DNA of 64,000 nucleotides, from contig CM060733.1 in assembly GCA_030704615.1 (NCBI GenBank), positions 70,804,001 through 70,868,000 of the forward strand, written 5' to 3'. Shown piece by piece: positions 1 through 14,600 of this stretch (the first letter of the stretch is position 1; the number at the start of each line of letters is the position of its first letter). Made by a program: the position numbers and the translations under genes. Under the pieces are notes generated by a model that ran no database searches, was not told the DNA's origin, and saw nothing but the letters and a program-made list of their open reading frames with translations. Origin of the DNA: Takakia lepidozioides (taxonomy: Eukaryota; Plantae; Bryophyta).

Positions 1-1548
1 GGAGTAAGGAGAACGAGTGCATGTGAAGAAGTGGGCCCAGGTTGGTGATGACTAGTGATAGTTAATGAAATAAGGGTGGAGATCATGACTTAGGTACTTC
101 AGCAATTGGTGATTTCAATGAAATGAGGGTGGCCCAAATTTTTTTAGAGAAGTTGGAGGCATTTAAAAAACTATATATTTTATAAAATTCATGACCTGCC
201 CTTACACACAACCGACAGGCTTCTATAACAACAAACCCTTCATATCCATGACCGGCAACAAAAAAAATGAGCATAGATTATGATTATGCATATCTGCCGG
301 ACAACAAAAATCTTAATATCCTCACAAGCCTGGCCCGGGCGGGCTTCTAATGGGTTTCCATACTGGTCATATCCAGCCATTGAAAATTTTAATAACTGCA
401 ACTGCAGGTTATTAGTTTCCTAAATATTGAAGCAACTGGAACAGCCGGTTATGAAAAAAATTCAAATAATCGCTCAACACTTGTAATTTCATGGGGGGTG
501 GTATGTCGTGCTTAGTCATGCTCCCTGGGGGGGGGCGCCACGATGATTGAGAGTAGGGGAGCTACAAGTTCTATCGTGTTATGCTTGTACGCAGCCTTTG
601 TAGGTTATGTAGCAGCTTGGTTAGAGCCCGATATTGTTTCAGCTTGAATTGATATGTGGTGTTTTGTGGTTGGTTGGCTGATGCTTGAGAATTTGATAGC
701 CAGACTGTTTTGGGGGGGTGATACGATCAGCGGATGGGGTGGGAGGGTTTTCATCAGATTGTTGTGTATGAGAGAGGTCATATGTTGTGTGGTGCAAGAG
801 TGCTTACTAGTTCAGGCAGCGTTGAGGGAGACTTTTGGAGTGTTGCATTTTAGTATGATTTGGCTGCATAAACCTTCATTACTTTCAAAGAAATAAATAA
901 TCACAGTTGATTGCTGTGATGCCCTAGCTTGAGAATCTTGCTCTTTCTCTCTCACTTTATTAGTACGACCTATCAAACATGCAAAACCTATCCTTCCATT
1001 GCCAATCATTTCATCTAATCATGCTAAACATTTCATTCATTCATATCTGTCAGTTGCTGAGTGGCTCCGTGAAAGTTTGGTCCTGTGAAGAAGTTATGGA
1101 CGTCACCCGGCCTTTGCCTAGTGTGCATGCCCAACAAAGTGAGCACTGGGAGACTAAAAGGACGACAGACATTGCTGTCATTATGGTCATAATGCTTCAC
1201 TGAGCACATGAGTTTCTGGGGCAATTTTGTAAGGTTATAAAGGCTAGAAACCTAGAGGGATGTAGAAGCTGATTAAAAATGCCAGCGCTTTATTCCTCTT
1301 TCACTCTGTGGCAAATCCCAACACAACGTAGATCATGTTGCCCTTGACAAATCTTTGTAGCAAACTGGGTTGCCTTCGGATCTGACAGGTTAAAGCCTAT
1401 CCAACAATACAGCTATCATGACCAGCCCAAGTGCTGATTACCTGTTAACTTGCCTTTGTAAATGCCAATACAGGCCAAGTAATTGCAAGACAGACAAGGC
1501 AGGAAGACGGAGTCATAGACAGAACATCTTGCATTTACATCCAATGTC

Positions 1549-4500
1549 TCATTTCAGAAGAGCCTCAATCGCTTCAAAGAATAAGGGAGCCATCTCAGGG
1601 GTTGGTGTCTTGACAGCACACTTGACACTCGGGTAACCTACCACACAGCTAAGCTCAACAAGGAAGGGAATGTTGGGGGGAACCTTGCCAGAGAGATAGA
1701 GCACCTGAACCAAAGCCAACAGTATACAAGTCAAATAGGTCACAAAGTTTCCTATTTGCTCAGGCATTTCTCTGTTACAGGGGGCCTGAAAATGGCAGCC
1801 ACGGTGAATAGTTGTGCTTTGAGGACTCAACTGTCCAATCAAAGCCTATTAAACCTCCAACTCTTGTATGCCGAAATGCAAGTTTGGAGAAACCACACCA
1901 ACTCAACTCAACTCAACTCAAGGTTATTACTATTCAAGGGCAATCAACACTACCCCGCTTTCCAAGTCTGCTAGTCTAAACTCTACCTGAAGAACCCAAG
2001 CCAGACTTCAGTGATTCCTAATTGACAACAGAACCAAAAGTGCAAGAAGAATACCTCCTGGTTAGTGTCCTTCAGCACACGCCGGGCAATGAAGAAGAGG
2101 TTGGTGGCCGCTAGCTTCTCCAGAGTCACATCAGCATTGGTAATTATCGCATTCGGTAACTCTTTGGCTACTTCATGTGAGTCGGGCAGTGATTTCCATG
2201 TCTGCAGAGACCATTTGCCATCCAATTAAAAACAGTGGATGGACAGTTCTGTACAACTTCAATACATAGGAAAATAGTCACAGAAAGGTGAATATTACCT
2301 CGAGGAAGGCTGCCCGTTCCATGCGGCCATCCTCTACAAAAAGCACTTGCAATGGAATTTTGTCACTGAAGTACCAGACAGGCTGTTGGTTGTTCTTGAC
2401 TGCTACTTGTAGCACCGAACTAGGGGGGGCTGGGGCCACGTTCTGAAACAAAACCATGGGAAGCAGTGTGCTGAATGATCCTGTTGGCTGCAAAGGCTGC
2501 ACCTGCATACAGTCAAACCCCAAGTTTTTTCCAATCAAAGTTACAGTCCAGATGTAGGAGATGCCCTTGTCTTGAGCCTGACATTGTGTGAGTATGTACC
2601 CTATGACAAGGTAGGCCAACACATCCAGCCAGAGGTGAAAATTCGGGTAAATGTGACAAAGGCTGGCAATCTTTCGGCAAGGTGACTTACTAGGTATCTT
2701 CAAGTCTCTTCATACCCTCCGGTTGCTAGCATCTACTCTAAAACCATTTTTAGCTTTGGAAAGGCTACAGCACCAAAAGTTATATATCTATGTAAACTCT
2801 AGAGCTACATTGAAAGGTAGATGAAGACACAGTTTTTAAAAGGTGATGGGATATGTCTTGGACTTGGGTCTACATGGTTCCACACCAAAAGCTCAGTCAC
2901 CACAAATCCTAAATCACAATTAATCATGGAATTTCTGTCTCTCTGTGGAACACCTATGGGAAGAAATACCCTACAGGAAGTAGGGTGCCCACCTGAAGTG
3001 GCCCAGCCGCAGCAACACCAAACGTGTTCTTGTTGAACTGTATCATGAATCCGTCCAAAGTAGCTTGAGAGTGGTTGTCAAAATTAAGGCTATAAAACAC
3101 TTGTCCATCCTGTCTTACCAGCTGCCCACTTATTTGCAGGCCCTGCCCGACTGTTGCTGGAAGCAGAACTGGTAAAGGCAGCCTGCAAAGATAACCAAGA
3201 AAACATCAGGACTTTCTCAAGACGTGTCAACAGCAAGACCTGGAGGTTTCACAATGAGAGGGGATATTGAGCAACTTGTTGAATATCATTAGGAATTGAA
3301 GACCATCTTTTGCCAGGTAGTGGGTCCTCAATAAAATTGACATTATAGGTTGTTTATATTCTATGGCTATGAAAGAACTAAATAAATTATCTCCCTACCT
3401 GTGATGTCCATTTGGCTCTCCCCCCACATCCTACAGCATTACTTTTTACAGAGCACTTACCCTGCAGGTGCTGCAGCAGTTACGAGCCCAACTGGGACTA
3501 TGGCCTGGTCAAGTCCAATCAAATCTCCTAGCAAATCAGCAACTGGCAGAACTGGTGCGAGTGGTAGCGGGCCTGGAGCGGTGGCCATTTTAGGAACAGG
3601 GGCCGATGATTCCCCGGGCCCTGCATCTTGACCCTCAGGGTACTCCTCATCTTCTTCCCTTTGTTGAGCTGGCCGAGTTCGGCTAACAAATGCATCAGGG
3701 GGCTTGTGAAAGACGGATGCCAGCATGGCAATGTTGGCTAAGAGTTCATCCAGCAATGATGTGTCAAGCATGTTGGAGTCATCACTAATAGTGGGTTTCT
3801 CAGCTAAGACCACATCCTTTGCTGCCTGCGTATCAAGTATGCAGTAGTATGCTTAGTTTAACTGGTGCACCTTGCAGAGGTATAGAAGAATTGATGCTCC
3901 TATCCAAAGACAGTTTACATGAGAAGGCTACCGAAAAAATGTCTTTCTTGACTTGGTTGTTGATCATTCCTACTCTATAACAGATCACTTGATCAGGATG
4001 ACAAAACAACTATACACTAAATATCTACATATGAAGGTCCCAGGGAGTTGGATGGTCCGGGGAGAAGGGACACACAAGCAACACAGCCTGCAAGTCCACA
4101 TCCCAACAAAAGAGAAAGTAATAGTGAAGCTGCATTGTGGGAGCTAGGCACATAGGTCCAGCAGTGAGATTTTCTGGAAAGAAAGAGAGCCAAAGAGATG
4201 GAAAATGATGCCGTGTTATGACGTTACGCACCTCAGGATCAGTGGATAGCAGGCGCCAGTAAACATACGCCCGGTCCCGTAAATCAGGATTATCAGTTTC
4301 TTGTGTTGCATTGTTCAGCACCACCTGCCATACCCAGTTGAACACCAAATACATCCGTATGTCACATCACAAATACTGTAGGACCTGATCCTGCTGAAAT
4401 GAGGATGTGGAATGTTGGTCCACGCTTCCAACGATCAGCTTTTGGAACAGCCAATACCTGAATCATTTGCTGAGGACCTTCAGTGGGCTTCTTGAGGAAA

Positions 4501-7500
4501 AGCTTTACGGCAGCTGTCAGCAGCTGCAACTGAACTTGTGCAGGCTCCTCAGGAAATGTTTCCAGGAAGCTTTCCAGTAGTTCATCAGCATTGTCTATTC
4601 GCTCCGCATACTCGCCAATTATCCATATCATTGAGGCCTGCATTGCTCATTTCCACTTAACAACGTAATTAAGACTAATAAGCAAAAACACATGACCATA
4701 TGGCCATAGATGAATCTGTAGCCTTCCATCCTTAACCTAAGGCACACAAAACTGAATTTATGTTTCTAAATACTTGTTAGCTACTACTATCACACAACAA
4801 AGGTCAAAGTTGGAGAGACCATAAAGCATACCTTTGCCTCTGGCTCGTCAAGGGTGTCCAAGCTTTCACATAGAGTTGCAATTATTGACTCATACCTGCA
4901 AAAGTCAGAATATCAATGATATTTATTCAAACAAAGGAGAGATACTAAGGCAACATTTATCAACCAGTATCTAAACATACATGTTTGGATATCGTCGGAA
5001 GATGTCTTTGATGACGATAATTGCTTCTTGCACCACATAGTTGACCTTGATCTTGATTAACTCAAGGAGAACATTAATGCAGCGCTCAGCAGCCCGATCC
5101 AGCTTGATCGCACACCGACCTATAGCACGCACGGCCTTACGAACGAAGTCCACATCCACCTCCGTTGCATACTCCTTGAACTCTAACAGCACCTGAAACA
5201 CAGGCTGCTTCTTAAATCCTTGGATTTGACATGAACCAAACATTAAGGCACAACTTGCACAGAAAGGCACCTGTCCAAAGAGGGAATACTTTGCACACCT
5301 GGTCAATGTTGCGATCAGAAGCGAGCTTGATCATAATCTCCAGCTTCTCCATCTTCACGTAGATGGGATCGTTGTACTTGCAGAAGAATACCTGTGAGCA
5401 ACAGAGTTTCTTTACTGCTTGATAGAAGGTTCAAAGTTTTCAAATTGCAGGAAAGGGAGGATCAAGATAGGAGATGAGGATGGATGGAGGTGAACCAAAA
5501 CGGAGGCAAAGACATCTCTTGCAACATTATTCAAGGTGCAATTAAGGCCACTAAGCTCAAACACATACCAAACTAGTTTTTTCAGAAATCAGTCAAGAAT
5601 TCATAGCTGGTTGCCAGTCTTCACAAGAAGGCACAAACCTTAATTTCATGGGCAAGAATGCCCGGTCGCCGCTGGACGATGAGATTGATGTTGCGAAGTG
5701 CCACATATTGGATCTCAGGTTCCGCTGACAAAAGGGTCACCAGTGGGGGTGCCATTTTCTTGCAGAGATTGCGGACAACGTCTGTGCTTGTAATCAACTC
5801 CATTTGTTGTAAAATTACCTGTGCATGTGAACATGATACAGATACTTTTGAGCTTGACAAACGTTAGGGGAAGACATAATCAGGTAAGTGCAGAGTAGAC
5901 TGCAGACTTACATTTGAAAGGTAACGGAATAATAGTTATGGTCTTGACCATATGAGGGTCACTTATTAAATATCAGAACTCGACATAATCCTATACAGCA
6001 TGTCTCGCTGCTGAACCTCAACACTCAGTTTATCAGCTCCTGACAGTGGATGTGAATTATTATATTGTTGCATAGAACCAAATGTACAAAAGTATTCTCA
6101 TCCCGAGTTCCTGTTTTAGTTGAAGCCGTATCAAGCAGTGAGTTGGCCAGTAGTGGAGAGGGGAAGAGATAACATCTATGTGAGAGCCTCGTAACCTCTG
6201 GACTCACATATGAAAGGTAGCCACAATAGAATGAAACTGCATGAGTTGAGAGAGGAAGAGATAGCATATATTGACACCTTAACAGCAGAAAGAACCACAG
6301 CACAGTTGGCATGCTGGAGGCGTGGGGTAACACGCTCCACAATATTCTCTGCATCCCTTGCATCCTTTGCCTTGTATAAGGAAAGTGCATCCAGTATAAA
6401 TACCTGGCCCCACCTGCAAAAGATGCTCCCAAATGAGCCCAGCACCATTTGCACTCCAATATATCATAAGCAAATCTCAAATCATCCAGCTGTATCTCTC
6501 TTCAAGACAGGTAGTCTCAAAGCCAGAGCAACTCTTGTAATTGTGAAGGCAAGTCCCACTATGCACGAAGCAAGTAGTAGGTCTCCTATATTCTTCTGTT
6601 TATAGTCCCCTCCTTCATCCCCATTCTGGTAGGTCAAAACAGACATGGGCTCCATGATGGAAGCTATGATGCAAGCACAGTAGAATAAGCACTTCATCAT
6701 CCATATAGGAGACTACACAATTCCAAACCATTGCTCAGACTCTGCTAGTCTTATGGATGCACAATACATACAGCACAAAAGTCAACAGTGAATAGCTAAA
6801 GGAAACATAAATATGCATACTCTGTACACTCATTGAGGGCAGCCAAGAGCTTGAACAGTGTGTGGTTGGTGATTTCAAATATGAGCTTGCTGCTACCCTC
6901 CTGGATCTCTGCCAATGATGCAACTGCATTTGCCACAACCATGGGGTTGCTATCTGATATCATGTCCTTCAGAGCCTCCAGGAATCCTCTGTCTTCTACT
7001 AATTCAGCATTTATGTCATGTAATTTGGCAACACACACAGCTGCTGTCTTGCGCACATATGGGTCATCATCCTGCTTGCCCCAAACCAGTCCCACCTTTT
7101 AGTGAAGGAATAAACGCTTGATAATACTCGAATTCTTTCTTCTTCCTTCACTCTTCAACACATCAAAGAGAGCAAATAGCAGACAACAAATTCAACAAAC
7201 TGCACTGTCAACAGAAAAACCCACTCTTACAGTAGTTTACAGATCATAAAGAAAGTTGCAGCACCTTGAGGCACCTTTGAAGAGGGTCGCAAAGATACTC
7301 TGTGATCTTGTCCACACGTATACACCCCATTGTCCTTACAGCCAAAGCCCGGATAAGAGGGTTGGGATCTTGTGAATCCTGTGAAAAATACACTTCCCAA
7401 TGTATGTGTGAATTTGTCTGGAAAATGATCACCACTATGATCAAATCAAAAGAAAGTCAACTCTGGATACCTTGTCTACACTTCCAAACTCAGCCCAACT

Positions 7501-9192
7501 ACATGAAACAAGCATGATGCATCCCTCTTATAGTGGATTCAGGAGTCCACATGACTTCTGCACTTGCTGTTTACCGGGGTTCATAATAATGTGTGTACTC
7601 TACCAAGATGTAGGGATGACAGTCTCAGAAAACAACCTGCACCCCTAACAGTAGGGTTTCAAAAATATATCACCAGAAGCAGTATGAGTGGGGAGATACT
7701 GGAGCCAGATGTCAGATTTCAGTGGCCTGTCTGAGTGGAAGGGACTATCTCTGCTGCATTCCCCTACACAGTACGTAAACGAGTTGGGAAACTCACTCCT
7801 TAGAAAGTTGTCTAGAAAGTTGCAAAGTGAGGACACATAACCCAACACCTGGTTTGGCAGAACTCAACCTTGACAAAGGTGTTCACGGCAAGGATGGCAA
7901 GATCAGGATGGCTCTTAGCATAGTTGATGAGATACAGATAAACCAGCTTCTTAAGTTCCAGATTATCTGTCTGCATGCAGTTCACGACATCAGTGAACAA
8001 CATTGAAACATCCTTGCCGACTGTCATCGCGGCGATCACCTTCTTAACCGCATCTTTCTTCTTATCCTGCAATTGCCGCAAATCGCTCATTACTAAGTAC
8101 ACTTACTTGAATGTATTACATACTTTGTAAGCCATACACAGACAACACCCCTCAAACCACAGCTAATCACTTAGGTTTGTATCACGTCACAACAGTAACT
8201 CTTATGGAAGTCCAGCTTTAGGAGAAGGACCAGTTGCTTTATTGTTCTAAGGACTGGGATTCAAGAAAGTGCTACGGTGCCTGAGGCCCCACACGTGATC
8301 GACATGGAAACTTATTTGTAATGGTCTTCAACAGAAAATAGGGGCAGGACTCTGACCTTTCTTCATAATTGGGGTACCTCTTGCCTACAGGCCCAATTAT
8401 GAATGCAGAAGATTTACCCCTTACAGTTCAAGGTTGTTCTGTTATGGCACTCCAGAAAGGGGGTTGGGGGGGTGGGTGGAAACACAAATTGTATATTCAT
8501 GAGGCAGTCAGGTTTCCAACTGCCCCCAGGTACTGGGACAACCACCCATGAGTGCATACGGCACTGTCAGATGCAGCCAAGCTGCATTTTGCAATGCAGG
8601 TTCTCATCTTCATCATATGGTTTATAGGGTTTCGGGTTTAAAATGGAAATGGGCAGTAACTAAACGATCCACAGTGATTCAACAAATTTCTACAGATGTC
8701 TAGTCGAAACCGGCGCACCTATTCAGCCAGTCAGACAATTAATAACTGGGGTAGCCCTGCTTATCCTGAGATCATCCAAACTCTCCTGATCTAAATTCCC
8801 GGACCACAACCTTCAATCTAAGCTCTCACTCATCGTGGCTGATCACCAGAAAAACCCTTAACTAGCATGCAACTGTAAATACATAGCCGCTATCTGAGAG
8901 ATACTAGAAACAACCCAGGTAATCGAACATTTGAGCAGCGTACACAGGCTGAGACTGAGTCAGACACAGTGTCATATTTGTAGACTCCAATCCCAAACTT
9001 AACCCAAAAAAGAGGATGGATGTGACACAGAAAGGAGATAGAATCTAGATACATTGCGGCAAAGGAAGCACCAGACAGTAAGGAGACAGAGGGGAGATGA
9101 AGAACCTTGTACTGAGAATTGAGCTCCTCCTTGAGCTCATGAATCTCGCCCTTTTTGGTGGTGGTGAAGTATTTAGCGTCGTGGCCACTCAT
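1549..9192 (-). CDS. AP1/2B: Beta-adaptin (AP-1/AP-2 complex beta subunit), 16 coding exons, 889 aa
   Basis: Exons, all bounded by GT-AG: 9192-9106, 8066-7869, 7378-7265, 7071-6821, 6413-6278, 5818-5639, 5391-5299, 5192-4981, 4895-4832, 4637-4458, 4324-4232, 3825-3461, 3182-2993, 2502-2299, 2201-2055, 1704-1549. They sum to 2670 nt in one open frame. Hallmark sequences [76 protein letters not shown], plus hinge and C-terminal appendage domains. Confidence 0.97.
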
Positions 9193-9474
9193 TGTGCCTG
9201 CCGTTCATGCAACGCTGTACACTCCCTTGTCAATCAATGAGGAGCCGGCCTTGGCCGCCGATCTCACAGCCCTACAACATACAGAACACACACCTCCAAT
9301 GCCGTAGAAGAGGTTGAAGACGACATGGATGAAGCCACTATCTGATCCACAAGTTACTGTCTACAACCGTTACCCACTGGATATTTGCATGTGCTCGCCA
9401 TGATAGCAGCAGGAGAAGCCCTGCAGGCACGCTTCACCCTAACCTTTCACTCCCCAGGTTCCCTTCTGCTTCAA

Positions 9475-10020
9475 TTTTTTTTTTTTTTTTTATTTTTATT
9501 TTTTTTGTAAGAGAACAGGGGGATTGTAGCCCTGTAAAACTTTATTAAAAAGGTAAGGAAACAATAACCTTACAAGAGCCATGAAGGCAGAGAAATGAGG
9601 TTCCACTCCGAATAGAAGTAGAAACAGAAGGAGAACAGATACAGCAAAGGATGCTCCCAAAACCAAGCTTATTCTATCATAAGCTATACAGGAGCCCATT
9701 CTAAAGAGAAGTGGGTAGGGAGAAATGCTAGAGTTCAAGGCCCTACACAAGAAGCAACAGTGGAAGACGGGTTCAAGCTTATCCTAACATAAGCAACCAG
9801 AAGACTACATACTACCCCTTTTACGCTTTGGTGCCTCAAAAGAGAGCTGGACTTTTGACTTGCCCTTGCTCAAACTACGCTTATGTCTCCAATTAACCTC
9901 TGCATCCTCAGCCTCCAACGGTGAGCACTTGGTGCTAATGGAGCTGCCAATGGGGAGGGAAGGTGTCTTTCCACACAATTCTAGTGTCTGAAATTCTCCT
10001 GCAGAACACGTTACTTTTTC
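9475..10020 (-). mobile_element. 3' end of a polyadenylated retroposed element (probable 5'-truncated LINE); continues at 16771-~16940 beyond the LTR insertion
   Basis: On the minus strand AATAAA (9541-9546) precedes a poly(A) tract (9475-9506). Removing the LTR element and one TSD joins a frame ...VLWHSRV*GLVCG...YLVSEARKAWSVL...VLGE|KVTCSAG...PKRKRGSM*. The LINE assignment is inference. Confidence 0.55.
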
Positions 10021-10727
10021 TGTCGCGCACCTCACTTCGGTAAGCTCCCCCTCAAGTCATAGTTACTCGCTTTGATGCGCGCGCCTGACTCCCAACCGGC
10101 CGCCGCCGGGCCAACTTGGAGCTTCGGCTGCTCACCGGGACATAACGGTCCCCCTTCGCTCCCAAAAACCCTCCACCTATTTGGGCCTAGGGAATTCCCT
10201 TTGGTAGATGGCAGTCCGGAACAGCTCCCCACTCTTTGGTCGCTTTCCGGCTCGCGCTTACTCACTAGTTTTTGGTCACCAACGGGCTTGCACCGTTCTC
10301 GGGTTACTACTCCCTATATATACTTCTGTAGCTGTCCGCGGGGGTTTCACAACCAGCCATGCCATTTTATGGCGAACCACCACGAAACCCTCGATTCCCG
10401 GTGGTGAGTCGCGGTGAGTCTTGGCCCTCACCACGGCCCCTATGGACCGTGATGAGTCCCAAGACTCCCCACGACTCCCACCACGAGGTCTCCGCCCCCA
10501 TGGTGAGTCCTATGCCACCCCCACTAAGTCCCACTAAGCTACCACCACCCTTGTGGAGCCACCCCCACCGCAACCCGGTGTGCGGGGCTCCACCTAGTGA
10601 GCGCCTCCGCCTCCTGAGTGCCTTGGGCACTCAAGGGTGCTTCAGCCCCCCTACCTATCGCTGCGCGCACCACAGGGGCCCCCTCATGTGTCCCGACCCC
10701 CTGCCCTCAAGGCAAAGGGCCGCGACA
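10021..10727 (-). repeat. 3' LTR of chromovirus copy A
   Basis: TGTCGCG...CGCGACA termini; preceded on the minus strand by purine-rich TGGTAGGGGTGTG (10728-10740); near-identical to 16050-16765. Confidence 0.95.
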
Positions 10728-11634
10728 CACACCCCTACCAACAGGGAGTCGATGTCCTCATCGACTTGTCCATTTTGTAGAAACGAACATCCAAGTTGTG
10801 GCGTCCCACATCAAGGAGTTTGTTTCCGTACCATGGCGTCCCATGGCAAAGAACCAAACCCCACACTTGACTCTACTCTCCCACTAGCTAGTTCGGCCGA
10901 CTTCCTCCAAGTCCCGGCCAAGGGTGGAGCCTCTCCAGCTCCTCCCAGTGCACTCTTCTTGGCCTACTTCAAGGCCAAGGAACGATCCTCCCCGAGGATC
11001 GAATCGCCTTACTGCAACAACATTGCTTGCGATCGCTCATGATGCCGCTTTTGGCATCACCTTGAGCAAGGGTTCACCTGGAACCCTCTTTGACTAGGAA
11101 GATAACCTTGAACCAACCGTGCGCCCCAATCACTACAATTGGGTCCGCCTTGGAATGCTGGCCTGAGGTACGGGAACACGCCGAAGCCGCACTACGACTT
11201 CGTCCCGAGGCTACACGATTATAGTACGTGAACGGAAGCACGTAGCTTCCGCGTTAGCCCGCACTACAAGGCAACCCCCTCGGTAGCGCAGTTATAGTAC
11301 GCGCACGCGCCAGGTGCGCACTAGCACGTGAACTCCCAAAGAAGGCGCAAGTTTCCTTGCCCCTTGGATGGGAGTCACCCGATTTCGGCACTGCGCAAAC
11401 ACACGATTAACCCAATTTACCTCTCCCACTTTTGTAAGCTAGCATGCATTCTACACACTAGCCAACCACACCATGCATCACCATTCCAAACACAATAGGA
11501 CGCACAATATTTGGAACCCATTTCCTTTATAACAAATTTTTGTACAATACAAGTTTTTGCAATCGGATTCCTGAGCTAGCTAAACCGGGCTAAGCATGCA
11601 TTTCCTCCCCCACGCTCCAAGGTTGATGTCCCCA

Positions 11635-14600
11635 TCAACGCTTCTTCCGCTTTTGAGGTCGCCCTTCGAAAGCTGCAACCGCCTCGGATGCGTTTCCCAT
11701 TTCTGAGGCACGCACCCAAGATGCCTCCACATGATGATAGCCCTTCCATTTGACGAGATACTCCGTTTCTCGGTTCTTGAACCTCCTCGACTTAAGTATT
11801 GCCTCCACCTCGTACTCAGGTTCATTTTCATGATCCAACAGCATAGGTGGCGGACGCAACTTGATGCCGATTCGGACGCGCTTCATCTTTGAAGTAAGGC
11901 TTCAAAAGGGAGACATGGAATACTGGGTGCACCTTGCTGTTTGCCGGCAGCTCCAATTCATACACATCCTCATTCATAACCTTCCGAATGCGAAAGGGTC
12001 CCGCATACGGAGGTACGAACTTCGGACTCACTTCCGGAGGTAGTCGAAAATTCTTGATGTTCAACCAGACCTCTGTGCCTGCCTCAAACTTCACTTCCCT
12101 CCGCTTCCGATTCGCCTGCCTTTCATACCGTTTCCTAGCTTTGGCAATGTTGTACTTTGCGAGCTTCAACAAACGCTCGCGTTCTTCCAGTACCGCCGCT
12201 ACTGCCGGTTCCTCAACGTCCTGGGCGGCCCAACTTGTCGGCACCAGAGGTGCTTTTCCATAGACCAATACGAAAGGGGAAACTCCCGTTGCGGAGTGTT
12301 CTGTGTTATTATAACAGAACTCTGCCGCGTCTAAGTGTTCCATCCAGTCTGATTGGTCTGCCGACACGTAATTCCGCAAGAATTGCTTCACTACGGAATT
12401 CACTCTTTCCGTTTGGCCGTCCGTCGTAGGTCGGAAGGCGGTGCTCATCTTCAGCCTCGTCCCCATCTTCTTCCAAAGTGTCCTCCAAAATTTACTCGTA
12501 AACTTTGGATCGCGGTCCGAGACAATATCCTTCGGGACTCCATGATGCTTTAAGACGTGGGCGAAGTAAAGTCGCCCTGTCTCCTGCGCCGTTGCCGTCT
12601 CCTTGGTGGGGATGAAATGGCCCATTTTACTGAACCTATCCACCACCACCATGATTGCATCGAATCCTTTTGACAGCGGCATAGCAGTCATGAAATCCAT
12701 CGAGACGCTTTCCCAAGTCCCCTCTGGAATCGGCAAGGGTTGTAACAGCCCGCTTGCTTTTTGTACTCGCTCCGGTTTTTTGGCATGTGGTGCATGTCTT
12801 GACATACTCCTCTGCCTCCTCCCTCAGTTTGGGCCAGAAATACTCTTTCTTCAAGAGTGCCGCAGTGCGCTTGGCTCCATATCCTGGCATCCTCCTTTTT
12901 CTCGCCCTTGTACACCAACAAGAGCTGCTGCTTTCTACTTAAAGCATCGGCCACCACATTGTCCCGTCCCGGTTTGTACTGGATATCCACGTCGAACACT
13001 GCCAAAGTATCTTGCCACCTAAGTTGTTTTGGGGACAACTTGGGCTGCGTGGCAAAATACTTCACCGTGACATTGTCCGTGAACACCTTCACTGGGTTGG
13101 AACCAACATAGTGGCGCCAGAGCTCAAGGCAATGCACCACCGCCTTCATCTCTTTTCGTGCGTCGGCCACCGTCGCTCCACTTCATTCAGTTTCTTACTT
13201 TCGTAAGCCACTGGACGTCCATCTTGCATAAGTACACCCCCAATCGCGAAGTCCGACGCATCTGTATGAATCTCAAATGGACGATCGAACTCCGGGATTT
13301 TCAAGACTGGAGCTTCCGCCATCCGCTGCTTCAATTCAGCAAAAGCTTGGCCACAAAAGGTGTTCCATGCCCAGACTTTGATTTACACAGAAGGTCCGAC
13401 AGCGGCCCCGCGATCTTGGCGAAATTTCTCACATACTTCCGGTAATAGGAGGCGAGTCCTAGGAAGGATCGCACTCCCGGGACCGAAGTCGGAGGCTCCC
13501 AGTCCAAGATCGCCCTCACCTTTCTGTCATCCATTTTGATCCCATCCTGTGTAATCACATGCCCCAGGAACTCCACTTTTGTGACCCCGAATTCGCACTT
13601 TGAAGCTTTGGCATACAGCTTCCCTTCTCGCAATTTTTGGAACACCCTTTTGAGGTGCTCCAGGTGCTCCTCCTTTGTTTTCGAGTACACCAAGATGTCG
13701 TCGATGTACACGATCACAAAGTCATCCAACCACTCCTGGAAAAGGCTGTTCATCAGCGTGCTAAATGTCGCTGGTGCATTGGTGAGCCCAAAAGGCATCA
13801 CCAAGAACTCATATGAACCATACCTTGTCCTGCACGCGGTCTTCTCCTCATCTCCTTCCGCCACCCGAATTTGGTGATAGCCGGAGCGCAAGTCGATCCG
13901 GCTGAAATACTTCGCTCCTGCCAACCGATCGAAGAGGTCGTCGATCCTTGGCAAAGGGTACCGGTTTTTATAGTCACCTTATTCAGAGCCCTGTAATCGA
14001 CACACATCCGCAGCGTCCCATCCTTCTTGTCTGCGAATAGCACCGGGGCTCCGTAAGGTGACTTACTCGGCCGGATGTACCCCTTTGACATTAGATCCTT
14101 GAGCTGAGTCTTCAGCTCGACCAACTCTCTGTGGCTCAACCGGTAGGGCGCCTTGGCAGGCGGTTCCGATCCCGGTATCACCTCAATCTTGTGGTCAACT
14201 CCTCTTCGCGGTGGCAAGCCGCTTGGTAAATCCTCCGGCATCACATCCTGGTATTTCTCCAAAATCCCCTTGATCCAATCTGGGCTCGGCCCCCATCGCC
14301 TTCTCCTTCACTTCTCTAATGTAAAGCAAAAACTGGGGCTCGTGTGCCTCCTCCACGGCCCACTCCCTTTGCTGATAGAAGGTTTATTCGCCCTCCCACG
14401 GATTTGGGCGTTTCCGACACTCGTAAACCTCGCCACCATTCCCACATGGCAGCGTGACTACTCTCTTGCGGCCATCTATGACCGCTCCGGATTTGCTCAA
14501 AAAGGTCATCCCCAAAATGAGATCCACTCCATCGATCTCGCAGATGGTGAAGTTCTCACGTCCCTCCCAACTCCCCAGTTGAAGAGGAACATCAATCGCC

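Noticed and set aside
90-485. MITE-like remnant with AACCG/CCGGTT motifs
   Set aside because: Only one plausible end and no TSD.
10400-10545. Cluster of TGAGTC/GACTC motifs in the LTR as bZIP sites
   Set aside because: No full TGAGTCA consensus, and short repeats are ordinary in LTRs.
10359-11042. 227-aa Pro-rich ORF
   Set aside because: Antisense frame through a GC-rich LTR; no domain recognised.
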